64,000 nucleotides of DNA from Burkholderiales bacterium (GTDB lineage Bacteria > Pseudomonadota > Gammaproteobacteria > Burkholderiales > SG8-41), in contig JAIETP010000018.1 of assembly GCA_019744975.1 (NCBI GenBank), positions 1,371 to 65,370 on the forward strand. Reading direction: 5' to 3'. The position numbers and the translations under genes were made by a program. The notes beneath the pieces were generated by a model that worked only from the letters and a program-made list of their open reading frames with translations, was not told where the DNA came from and did no database searches. Shown in pieces: positions 28,678 through 36,770 of the stretch (its first letter is position 1; every line of letters starts with the position of its first letter).

Positions 28678-29142
28678 CTACTCAAGCTTTTTTTCCATGG
28701 TGACCGCGTCTTCGCGCGCGGCACCCGCCGGATAATAACCCCGGCGCTGGCCGATTTCGGCGAAGCCATGCTGTGCATACAGAGCGCGGCCGGCGGCATT
28801 CGACTCCCGCACCTCAAGGTAAATCGTCTGCGCAGCGTAATCCCGCGCCAGCTTGACGACAAAACGCAGCAGTTCGCTGCCCAGTCCCCGGCGCTGCAGC
28901 GGCAAAGCGATGCTCAGGTTCAGCAGGTGCGCCTCCCCCGCCGCGATCATCACCACGCTATAACCGGCCACGCGGCCTTCGCGCTCCAGTATCCAGCAGT
29001 GATACCCCGCCTCCAGTGAATCAGTAAAGTTGCCGATGGTCCACGGGTGGGTGTACACGCTGCGCTCGATCGCCTCGACGGCGGTCAGGTCCTGCGCCAC
29101 CATGCGCCGGAACCGCGGCATGTCATCGAGTTGCGCGCTCAT
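28678..29142 (-). CDS. rimI: Ribosomal-protein-alanine N-acetyltransferase
   Basis: GNAT motif '[11 protein letters not shown]'. '[20 protein letters not shown]'. ATGA overlap with tsaB. Confidence 0.9.
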   Translation of the reverse strand: MSAQLDDMPRFRRMVAQDLTAVEAIERSVYTHPWTIGNFTDSLEAGYHCWILEREGRVAGYSVVMIAAGEAHLLNLSIALPLQRRGLGSELLRFVVKLARDYAAQTIYLEVRESNAAGRALYAQHGFAEIGQRRGYYPAGAAREDAVTMEKKLE

Positions 29143-29810
29143 CGCTCCGCCGTTTTCAGCGCCACTTTTTCACGGATATAGAGCGGCGCGGCTTCCTCGG
29201 CACGGATCCCGCGCCCGGCGGCAAACAGCGGCGCTGCCAGTCGCGCCATGTCGCCGGCGTGCGGATACACACCGTCATCGATGGCAGCCAGGGCGGCGCC
29301 ATAACGCTGCCGCAACACATCACGGTATGCCGCAAAGCCGCCGCCACATCCCGTCCATCCCTTGCCCTGCAGTTCCGGCGCCGCCGCCGGCGCACAGACC
29401 CGCGGCGCCGATACCTCGATATAAGCATCGCCCTGGCGCACATAGGTCGCGTGATAAATCTCCTGCATCCGCGCATCAAGACAGCACACCACCTTTGCCG
29501 CACCACAGGCCAGCGCCATTGCGTGCAGGGTGCCGATGCCGGCCAGCGGAATATCCGCAGGAAACGCCAGCCCCTGTGCCACGGCACAGGCGATGCGCAA
29601 CCCGGTGAAGGAACCCGGACCCTGCCCGTAAGCGATGCCGTCGATCACGGACAGCCGCAGGCCGCCTTCGGCCAGCACGCTATCCACCATGCCGGTCAGC
29701 ATGGCCGAATGCGCCTGCCCGGCACGCACCGCATGCTCATGCACGACACCGCCCCGCCACAGGGCGACGCTGCAATGTTCCGTAGAAGTGTCCAGCGCGA
29801 GAATATTCAT
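29139..29810 (-). CDS. tsaB: tRNA t6A37 threonylcarbamoyl-transfer complex protein TsaB (YeaZ)
   Basis: 'MNILALDTSTEHCSVAL', 'GQGPGSFTGLRIA'. Confidence 0.9.
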   Translation of the reverse strand: MNILALDTSTEHCSVALWRGGVVHEHAVRAGQAHSAMLTGMVDSVLAEGGLRLSVIDGIAYGQGPGSFTGLRIACAVAQGLAFPADIPLAGIGTLHAMALACGAAKVVCCLDARMQEIYHATYVRQGDAYIEVSAPRVCAPAAAPELQGKGWTGCGGGFAAYRDVLRQRYGAALAAIDDGVYPHAGDMARLAAPLFAAGRGIRAEEAAPLYIREKVALKTAER

Positions 29811-29950
29811 GTTTAGACTGCGTCTACGGCAGATTGTAGCCGACGCACCGCCTGATCATCTCATCCCGGCACAGCGATGCCGCATGACCTGCGTTATACT
29901 GCCCGCTGGTTTTATTCCACTGACAAATTAGAGAGTTACAGGACCTATCG

Positions 29951-30268
29951 ATGAGAGCCATATTAACCACGCTTGGGGCGTTTCTGGTCGGCGGGCTGAT
30001 ACTTCTCGGCATCGGCGGCATCGCCTATCACCTGTTCCGCGAAGACGGCTGGTTTTCACAGGGTTTGGGCGCCCTGTGGCGGGCGCAGTATCAGGCGCCG
30101 GTAATGACCATCATCCTGATCATCGCCGCGATTTTCGTGGCCAAGAGCCTGTACAGTGCACAGATCGGCGGCAAACGCGAAAGCAAAATTCCCGATTTTG
30201 TGCTGTTCGCCTTTATCGCCACCGGCATTTTCTTTCTGGGCCGACTGATCACCACCGGCGAGATCTGA
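29951..30268 (+). CDS. Small membrane protein (3 predicted TM helices), hypothetical
   Basis: 105-aa ORF with hydrophobic segments. No family recognised. Confidence 0.55.
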   Translation: MRAILTTLGAFLVGGLILLGIGGIAYHLFREDGWFSQGLGALWRAQYQAPVMTIILIIAAIFVAKSLYSAQIGGKRESKIPDFVLFAFIATGIFFLGRLITTGEI

Positions 30269-30333
30269 ACCGCGGTGTGCGCCGGACGCAATAATAATTT
30301 TCTTGTAAACCCGACCTTACGGAGCATGACACC

Positions 30334-30684
30334 ATGAGCGACATCAAACGATTCAACAGCGACAAACGCCTGTCACGCGCCGTCACCCATGGCAACGTGG
30401 CCTACCTTGCCGGCATCACCGCCGATGACCGCAGCAAAGGCATGCGCGAACAGACCGCGGAAATCCTCGCCAAGATCGATGCCATGCTCAAAGCCGCGGG
30501 CACCGACAAATCAAAACTGCTCTCTGCCGTGATCTGGATCAGCGACATGCGCGCAAAACCGCAGATGGACGAAGCGTGGGCAGCCTGGGCCGATCAGCAG
30601 AATCTGCCGGCGCGCGCCTGCGTCGAGGCGCGGCTGGGTACGCCGGACACGCTGGTGGAAATCATGGTGCAGGCGGCCAGATAG
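30334..30684 (+). CDS. RidA/YjgF-family protein
   Basis: 116 aa. 'VAYLAGITADD', 'ARACVEARL' C-terminal motif. Confidence 0.8.
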   Translation: MSDIKRFNSDKRLSRAVTHGNVAYLAGITADDRSKGMREQTAEILAKIDAMLKAAGTDKSKLLSAVIWISDMRAKPQMDEAWAAWADQQNLPARACVEARLGTPDTLVEIMVQAAR

Positions 30685-30785
30685 GGACGGGGCGAATAAG
30701 GCATCGCCTGGCTTTAAGGACGCGGCGAAGAAATCGTCGCCTGGCATTTATAGGAACGCGGCGAAGACTTCATCGCCTGACCTTA
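30682..30785. repeat. Tandem repeat, 3 copies, period 34-35 bp, each with a ggcga..tcgcc hairpin
   Basis: 'tagggacggggcgaataaggcatcgcctggcttta' / 'aggacgcggcgaagaaatcgtcgcctggcattta' / 'taggaacgcggcgaagacttcatcgcctgacctta'. Confidence 0.9.
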
Positions 30786-30830
30786 AAACCTCACGGCATC
30801 AACTCACGGTCATTGACGGGCCTGAAAAAC

Positions 30831-30857
30831 AAAAGCGGCGCTTGATGCGCCGCTTTT
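30831..30857. terminator. Bidirectional intrinsic terminator
   Basis: aaaa-gcggcgc-ttgat-gcgccgc-tttt. Lies between convergent ridA (+) and the DGQHR gene (-). Confidence 0.85.
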
Positions 30858-30876
30858 GTTTTGCAAAGAACGGGTT

Positions 30877-32013
30877 TCAGCTCTTGGCGGCGCGCGCCTT
30901 GGATTTGATTTCGATGCCGGCCCACTTTGCGAGATCGCGGTGGATGCGGGTGACCCGCTCGGTCTGGCCCTTGGCCGGGAACCGTTCGTAAAACCCGTCG
31001 CCCTTGAACTGGGCGCGTTGCGCCGTCCACGGCGCCAGACGGTCTTCCCAGCGCTTGATGCGGCCCTGCGCCGGTTCAGCATCCGTGCGCGCGAGGTCGG
31101 CGCACACCCGGATCATCGCCTTCAGCGCCACCGGTTTGGTGACCTGGTAGGCATCGTGTCCCCAGGCGTCGCCCCACACCTTTTGCGCCGCCTTCAGGAA
31201 ATCACGGATGATTTCGTAAAAACGCTCGCTCTCGCGATACAGGTTGCTGGTACGGCTGATCTTGCGCCAGTCGCCACTGATCCAGCGGTGCAGTTCATTG
31301 AACAACTCCGCCTGCAGGATCCACTTGTCCTTCTGGCTGCGCCCGCCCAAGCGGTTGATGCGGTAGCGCAGGGGACTGTCGCCCTCGGTGTAGAGGTCCT
31401 CCACCATGCGCGCGGCAAACCGTTTATCGGGGTCGGCCCAGGATACACGCTCGTAGAGATCGACCAGATGGCTTTTGTTGATGCGCGTCGGCGTCGAATT
31501 GATGATGACGAACATTTCCGCGGCAAAATCCTCGCTGCGGCCGTCGAAAATCACGCAGGGCACATTGATCGATGAGGCTTCGGCCGGATGTTCCTGTAAA
31601 TAGAACTTCAGTGCCGCCAGCCGGTGCTGCCCGTCGATGATCAGGTATTTCGAGGCGGGCTCGCCGAGATTGCCGATGGCGTCCTGGCCCGACAACGCGC
31701 TGAAGCGCAGTTCGTCGGAAGTGAAGAGCAGGACCGTGCCGGGAATCGGCGGTTGGTTGACCGCCATTTCGTAGAAGTTGCGCAACTGGCGCACCTTGGA
31801 TTTCGACATCTGGCGCTGAAACGCTTCATCGGTGCGTTCAACGCGTGAAATGAACTGGGCGATTTCATCATGCTGGGGCAGATTCTGCGGAGCGATTTCC
31901 TCACCATCGCCATAAAAGCGACTGATGAAGCGCACACGCTCCAGCACCTCTTTTGCCGGATAACTCGCAAAATAAAAAACACTGTCTTTTTGTCTGATGC
32001 GTGTTGCCAGCAT
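30877..32013 (-). CDS. DGQHR-domain protein (DndB-like, ParB/Srx-fold superfamily), orphan
   Basis: 'KYLIIDGQHRLAALKF' (the DGQHR motif) and 'FVIINSTPTRINKSHL'. 378 aa. No dnd/dpd/ssp partner genes nearby. Confidence 0.8.
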   Translation of the reverse strand: MLATRIRQKDSVFYFASYPAKEVLERVRFISRFYGDGEEIAPQNLPQHDEIAQFISRVERTDEAFQRQMSKSKVRQLRNFYEMAVNQPPIPGTVLLFTSDELRFSALSGQDAIGNLGEPASKYLIIDGQHRLAALKFYLQEHPAEASSINVPCVIFDGRSEDFAAEMFVIINSTPTRINKSHLVDLYERVSWADPDKRFAARMVEDLYTEGDSPLRYRINRLGGRSQKDKWILQAELFNELHRWISGDWRKISRTSNLYRESERFYEIIRDFLKAAQKVWGDAWGHDAYQVTKPVALKAMIRVCADLARTDAEPAQGRIKRWEDRLAPWTAQRAQFKGDGFYERFPAKGQTERVTRIHRDLAKWAGIEIKSKARAAKS

Positions 32014-32160
32014 GATGCCAGATCCCCTTTAGTCTTGTTGTAAGTACTTGGCGCATCGCGGAAATTCGGGTTTCCACAGGACGCCGCATGGGTTGCGACT
32101 GTCATTCTAGCGTTCGCTAATGGGGAAAAGCGAGGCTGGTCAGGCTTCGGGGCTGGTGGG

Positions 32161-32200
32161 TAAAATAATAATCAATTAAATCAAATACTTATAACAAAAT
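32161..32200 (+). repeat. AT-rich dispersed motif, copy b (core 32173-32192)
   Basis: 'taaaataataatcaattaaatcaaatacttataacaaaat'. Confidence 0.85.
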
Positions 32201-32248
32201 GATTGATGCCTCATTGATACCCATGTCATTACCGATAACGACATACCG

Positions 32249-33403
32249 CTATGCGCGAACGAATCCGACAGGCTGAAACCGGCCGCCCAAGGCCTGTTCG
32301 CTTGATACCCCCCACCACCCGCCCAGCACGGTCGCGTAAAGATCGCGAAAATCCACGGCATGCGCGAGATTGCCGTTGCGGTCGAGGCGGTTCAGTTCCG
32401 GCGGCTTTCCGTACCAACCACCGCGCACCCGCCCGCCCATCGCAAAATGTGCACCGGCTGTGCCGTGGTCAGTACCGCCACTGCTGTTTTGCGCGGCACG
32501 GCGACCAAATTCGGAATAGGTCATCACCAGCGCGGTATCCCAGCGCCGCAACTCCAGCAGCGCCGCCTTCAACGCCACCAGCCCTCCGGCCAGCTCCTGC
32601 AGCAAACGCGCGTGCGTGACTAACTGGCCTCGATGGGTATCAAAACCACCCAGGCTGATTTTTACTGCAGCGACACCGGACTGCGCGGCGATGACTTGCG
32701 CCGCGGTGCGCACCGCGTTGCCGAACGCGCCGGCCGGAAACACAGTGCTGAAATTATGGCCCGTGGACAAACCTGCCGCGGCCTGTGCTACTTCGCGTTC
32801 AACCTTAAGAATATGCGCCAACGCACCGCCACCCGCCGCAGTGGCCGCAGGTTGCGCAAATCGAGCCTGTCGCAGGAATTGTTCCGTATTGGTGATGGCC
32901 ACCGCACGCGCGCCGCCGGCAAACGGCCCCATGGCGCCGCTGCCCACCACCACGCCGTCGGCGGCATATTCCCGCGGCGCCGGTGACGCCTTGAACGACC
33001 GGGCCAGCCAGCCGTCCTGCAGATATTCGTTGCTGCGCGACGCAGTGTCCCAGATTTCAATGGAACGGAAATGCGACAGGTTCGCATCCGGATAACCCAC
33101 GCCCTGCACAATTGCCAGTTCACCCGCCTGCCACAGCGCCAGCAAGGGCTGCAGCGCCGGATGCAGGCCGGTGGCGGCATCCAGCGCCAGCACCTGTTCG
33201 CGCGGAATCGCCAGTTGCGGCCGCAGCGCGTAATACGCCGGATCGGCAAACGGAATGATTGTGTTCAAACCGTCATTGCCGCCCTGCAGCTCGACCATCA
33301 CCAGCACATTGCCGTAACCGGTCGCGGCCTGCGCCGGAGACACCCCCCAGGCCACCGATACCGTTGCCGCGCCGGCCGTTGCCAGAAATTCGCGTCTGTT
33401 CAT
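32249..33403 (-). CDS. DUF1501-family protein (Tat-exported, sulfatase-like fold)
   Basis: Tat signal 'MNRREFLATAGAATVSVAWGVSPAQA'. 'GGFDTH', 'SEFGRR', 'GTDHG' motifs. Confidence 0.85.
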   Translation of the reverse strand: MNRREFLATAGAATVSVAWGVSPAQAATGYGNVLVMVELQGGNDGLNTIIPFADPAYYALRPQLAIPREQVLALDAATGLHPALQPLLALWQAGELAIVQGVGYPDANLSHFRSIEIWDTASRSNEYLQDGWLARSFKASPAPREYAADGVVVGSGAMGPFAGGARAVAITNTEQFLRQARFAQPAATAAGGGALAHILKVEREVAQAAAGLSTGHNFSTVFPAGAFGNAVRTAAQVIAAQSGVAAVKISLGGFDTHRGQLVTHARLLQELAGGLVALKAALLELRRWDTALVMTYSEFGRRAAQNSSGGTDHGTAGAHFAMGGRVRGGWYGKPPELNRLDRNGNLAHAVDFRDLYATVLGGWWGVSSEQALGGRFQPVGFVRA

Positions 33404-33418
33404 TTGCGGTCCTCCGCT

Positions 33419-34837
33419 TTATTTCAACTGGTAGGCGGCATCCTGCACCGCAAGTCGCAACGCAGCCAGATTCCGCCCCGGCACCACCGTCACCGGCCGC
33501 GTCGCAAACACCACACGCTGCCAGTCATCGCCCTGGCTGCCGTCGAACTGGCGAAACCAGGCGACATCATCAAACTGCAGGTCACTCATCGGACCGCCGC
33601 GCGCATTACCCGCCATCACCACCCTCTGCATCGCAGGTTCGGATTCGCTGCCGCGAAACACGTTTTCGAGGAATTGCCGGCGCGACAACAAGGTGGTCGC
33701 ATTGATCCATGCCTCACCACCGGGCCAGCCCTTGACGTTCGGCGGCGCGAACAGATCCTGGCCCAGACGTCCGACCGTCAGCACGTATGGCAGGGGATCA
33801 GCCACCGCCATGCGGAACTGGCGCAGGGTACCTACCACCAGATCAACCGGCGACTTGACCAGATTGCCGCGATAACGCGGCGCGTAAAACGCATCCGCGG
33901 TCAGCAACTCGCGCAGCGCGGCGCGGATGTCGTAAGCGCTGCTTCTGAAAACGCCGGCAATGCGCCGCACCTCAGCCACGTCGGGTTCCGTCGACACAAA
34001 CTCCCGCCATAATTTGGCGACAATGAATTCGGCGGTTTCCGGGCGCGCCAGCAGGATGCCCAGCACTGCGTTACCGTCATGCGGGCCGCTGATGCCGAGC
34101 ACGGTTTTGACGCCGTCATCGTGCAGCGCGGGGCGAAACAGGAATTCACCGGTATCGCGGTCTATGCTCCAGCCGGTGAAGGCTCGTGCCGCTTCCTTGA
34201 CATCCTGTTCGCTGTAACGTCCTTCGCCCAGTGTGAACAGCTCCATCAGCTCGCGCGCAAAATTTTCATTGGGCTGGCCCTTGCGGCTGGCCGCACCGTC
34301 CAGATAGATCAGCATCGCCGGATCTCGCGCCATGGCCTGCAGCAGTTCGCGGAAATTACCCAGCGCATGCCGGCGCAGTGTCATGTGCTGCCGGTACATC
34401 AGCTGCGGCATGCGCACCTTGCGCAGGCTGGAAGTGAAATGGTTGTGCCAGAACAGCACCATTTTTTCGGTCAACGGCGTAATCGTGGTCAGCATTTCCG
34501 CCATCCACCACATTTTCAGGTCGCGCCCCTCGCTGACCAGACGGCGCTGGTATTCCTTGCGCTCCGCGTCACTCATCAGCGCCGGGCGCTGCGGCGGTTC
34601 ATAAGGCGCCTGCGTCCAATCCGGCGCAGCTGTCGCGGGCGGCCTGTCCGTCCAGCCCAGCAAACGCGCCACCGCGGCCTCGCGCGTCAGTTGCGCGAAC
34701 TCTCTGATTTCCGGCGTGTTGGCGGCAAACCCGGTGCGGTTCAGCAGATGCCGGGCATCATCAAAACCCAGCGGACGCGCCAGCGCCGGCAAAGTCGCCA
34801 GTGCGCACAACACAACGGTGAGCGCGCGCCACAACAT
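33419..34837 (-). CDS. DUF1800-family protein
   Basis: 'HLLNRTGF', 'FWHNHF', 'ELMELFTLG' motifs typical of DUF1800. Start is either ATG 34837 or GTG 34870. Confidence 0.8.
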   Translation of the reverse strand: MLWRALTVVLCALATLPALARPLGFDDARHLLNRTGFAANTPEIREFAQLTREAAVARLLGWTDRPPATAAPDWTQAPYEPPQRPALMSDAERKEYQRRLVSEGRDLKMWWMAEMLTTITPLTEKMVLFWHNHFTSSLRKVRMPQLMYRQHMTLRRHALGNFRELLQAMARDPAMLIYLDGAASRKGQPNENFARELMELFTLGEGRYSEQDVKEAARAFTGWSIDRDTGEFLFRPALHDDGVKTVLGISGPHDGNAVLGILLARPETAEFIVAKLWREFVSTEPDVAEVRRIAGVFRSSAYDIRAALRELLTADAFYAPRYRGNLVKSPVDLVVGTLRQFRMAVADPLPYVLTVGRLGQDLFAPPNVKGWPGGEAWINATTLLSRRQFLENVFRGSESEPAMQRVVMAGNARGGPMSDLQFDDVAWFRQFDGSQGDDWQRVVFATRPVTVVPGRNLAALRLAVQDAAYQLK

Positions 34838-34844
34838 GCCGGGC

Positions 34845-35399
34845 TCAGGTTTTACCCGCAGCCTTCGCACCCTGGTGCGCCTTGCGTGCGGCGCTCATTT
34901 CTTCGCGCGACAACTGGCCGTCCTTGTTGGCATCGATCATGTCAAAATGACGCGCCAGCCGCGGCATGCCTTTTTCGGCCTCGGCGCGCGACAGGCTGCC
35001 GTTGCCGTCGGCATCACTTTTCTTGAAATGTTCAGCTGCGCGTGCCTGGTGTTCCTGGCGGCACTTTTCCGGATCAGCCTTGCAGGCTTCGCGGCGCTGC
35101 TCCATCTTCGCCTTCATCTCCTTGCACTTCTCCGGATTCTGCGCGCACATTTTTTCGCGCATCACCGCCTGCTCCTGGCGGCATTTCTCCGGGTCCGCCT
35201 TGCAGGCTTCGCGGCGCGCCTGCATCGCGGCCCTGCATTTTTCCGGGTCGGCCTTGCACATCTCACCCATCGCGCCGTGACGACCGTACGGCGGTTTGGC
35301 GCCTTCACCGGTGATGGTCGCGCCCGGCACGCCCTCGGCGGCAAAAACCGGTAACGCAATGAGCATCGAAACAAAAAGCAGTTTGTTGATTTTCATCAT
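34845..35399 (-). CDS. Periplasmic EF-hand protein with CxxxPEKC(R/K) repeats
   Basis: Signal peptide 'MMKINKLLFVSMLIALPVFA'. 3x 'CKADPEKCR' plus 'CAQNPEKCK'. Two EF loops 'DADGNGSLSRAE' and 'DANKDGQLSREE'. Confidence 0.8.
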   Translation of the reverse strand: MMKINKLLFVSMLIALPVFAAEGVPGATITGEGAKPPYGRHGAMGEMCKADPEKCRAAMQARREACKADPEKCRQEQAVMREKMCAQNPEKCKEMKAKMEQRREACKADPEKCRQEHQARAAEHFKKSDADGNGSLSRAEAEKGMPRLARHFDMIDANKDGQLSREEMSAARKAHQGAKAAGKT

Positions 35400-35423
35400 T
35401 TAATCCTTTGAAAACTGTCGGGT

Positions 35424-35714
35424 TCAGCGCTCGCGGGGCCTGTAGATTTCCCGCCGCGCCTTGTCCAGGTCGCGGTGCAAACCGCGGCGCTCTTCATCGT
35501 TGAGCCGTTGCGGGCGCTCCTGCCGCTGATTGCGTTCCGGCTGGCCGGCATCCCGCTGGCGCTGCGCTCCCCGGTCATAACGATCGGGACGCTCCTGCGC
35601 CGCGTGCAATTCGCGCCACGGTCCGGCAGCCGCCGGTCCTGCCTGCAGGGCCACCACCGCCAGCAGAACTGTCGCCCAAAAAGCGGTCCGCTGAATTGTC
35701 GATCCGCGTTTCAT
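35424..35714 (-). CDS. Small basic periplasmic protein (Arg/Gln/Glu-rich), hypothetical
   Basis: 'MKRGSTIQRTAFWATVLLAVVALQAGPAAA' signal. 'LNDEERRGLHRDLDKARREIY'. Divergent from the response regulator gene. Confidence 0.6.
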   Translation of the reverse strand: MKRGSTIQRTAFWATVLLAVVALQAGPAAAGPWRELHAAQERPDRYDRGAQRQRDAGQPERNQRQERPQRLNDEERRGLHRDLDKARREIYRPRER

Positions 35715-35867
35715 GCCCCACACTCCATTGAATGATTTCCGCCAGTATGCCGGAGATCGCCTTGTTTACCACGTCACTGCTCACGCCCCGGTGGAGCGTT
35801 GCAGCCATCTTTATCAATTCCTGTAACCAGGGTGTTTCTGACGACCACTATTATGTAAGCAGTTGTT

Positions 35868-35961
35868 GCGCGGGCGGGTCTGCCGCGCCGACGTTCATCC
35901 TGCACGGGCGGGCCTGCCGCGCCGCCATGACCCAATGCTACGCGGGTGCCTGCGCCCGCGG
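35868..35961. repeat. GC-rich direct repeats, 3 units, period 34-37 bp
   Basis: 'gcgcgggcgggtctgccgcgccg' (35868), 'gcacgggcgggcctgccgcgccg' (35902), 'tacgcgggtgcctgcgcccgcgg' (35939). Confidence 0.8.
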
Positions 35962-36030
35962 GGTGGCCGTTTTGTAAGAGATTGTTTCAAAGGCATGGCC
36001 AGCCGCTGCCGAACTGGGTACGATGATGCC

Positions 36031-36765
36031 ATGACACAACCTGCACAGTTCAAAACCCGGATCCTGGTGGTCGACGACGACGCCCGGCTGCGCGATCTGC
36101 TCAACCGTTACCTCAACGAGCAGGGTTACGCCGTGCGCGTGGTCTCCGACGCGGTGGAAATGAACCGCCAGCTCGGTCGTGAACGTTACGACCTGATGAT
36201 CCTCGACCTGATGCTGCCCGGCGAAGACGGCCTGTCGATCTGCCGGCGGCTGCGCGGCGGCGGCGAAATGATGCCGATCATCATGCTCACCGCCAAGGGT
36301 GACGACGTCGATCGCATCGTCGGCCTCGAAATCGGCGCCGACGATTACATGCCCAAACCCTTCAACCCGCGGGAACTGGTGGCGCGCATCCAGGCCGTGC
36401 TGCGCCGGCAGCCGCCGGCGCCGCCGCCGGGCGCGCCGGGCGCCGCGGCGCAGGTCGTCGAATTCGGTGAATTCCGTTTCAACCTCGGCACCCGCACTCT
36501 GACCAAAGCCGGCACTGATGTGACACTGACCACCGGTGAATTCGCGCTGCTCAAGGTACTGGTCGAGCATCCACGCACACCGTTGTCGCGCGACAAACTG
36601 ATGGAAATGGCGCGCGGCCGCGAATTCGGCGCTTTCGACCGCTCAATCGACGTGCAGATTTCGCGACTGCGCAAAATCATCGAACCCGATGCCGCGAAGC
36701 CGGCGTTCATCCAGACCGTCTGGGGCTTCGGATACGTCTTCATCCCGGACGGAAAAGCTCAGTAA
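36031..36765 (+). CDS. OmpR-family response regulator
   Basis: 'RILVVDDDARLRDLL', 'DLMLPGEDG', winged-helix 'IQTVWGFGYVF'. Start moved to MTQPAQFK. Confidence 0.9.
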   Translation: MTQPAQFKTRILVVDDDARLRDLLNRYLNEQGYAVRVVSDAVEMNRQLGRERYDLMILDLMLPGEDGLSICRRLRGGGEMMPIIMLTAKGDDVDRIVGLEIGADDYMPKPFNPRELVARIQAVLRRQPPAPPPGAPGAAAQVVEFGEFRFNLGTRTLTKAGTDVTLTTGEFALLKVLVEHPRTPLSRDKLMEMARGREFGAFDRSIDVQISRLRKIIEPDAAKPAFIQTVWGFGYVFIPDGKAQ

Positions 36766-36770
36766 TCGCG

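Noticed and set aside
28563-28862. 99-aa minus-strand ORF reading through the 39-bp repeats into rimI.
   Set aside because: It is out of frame with rimI, which has clear GNAT motifs. The repeat-derived translation '[13 protein letters not shown]' is an artefact.
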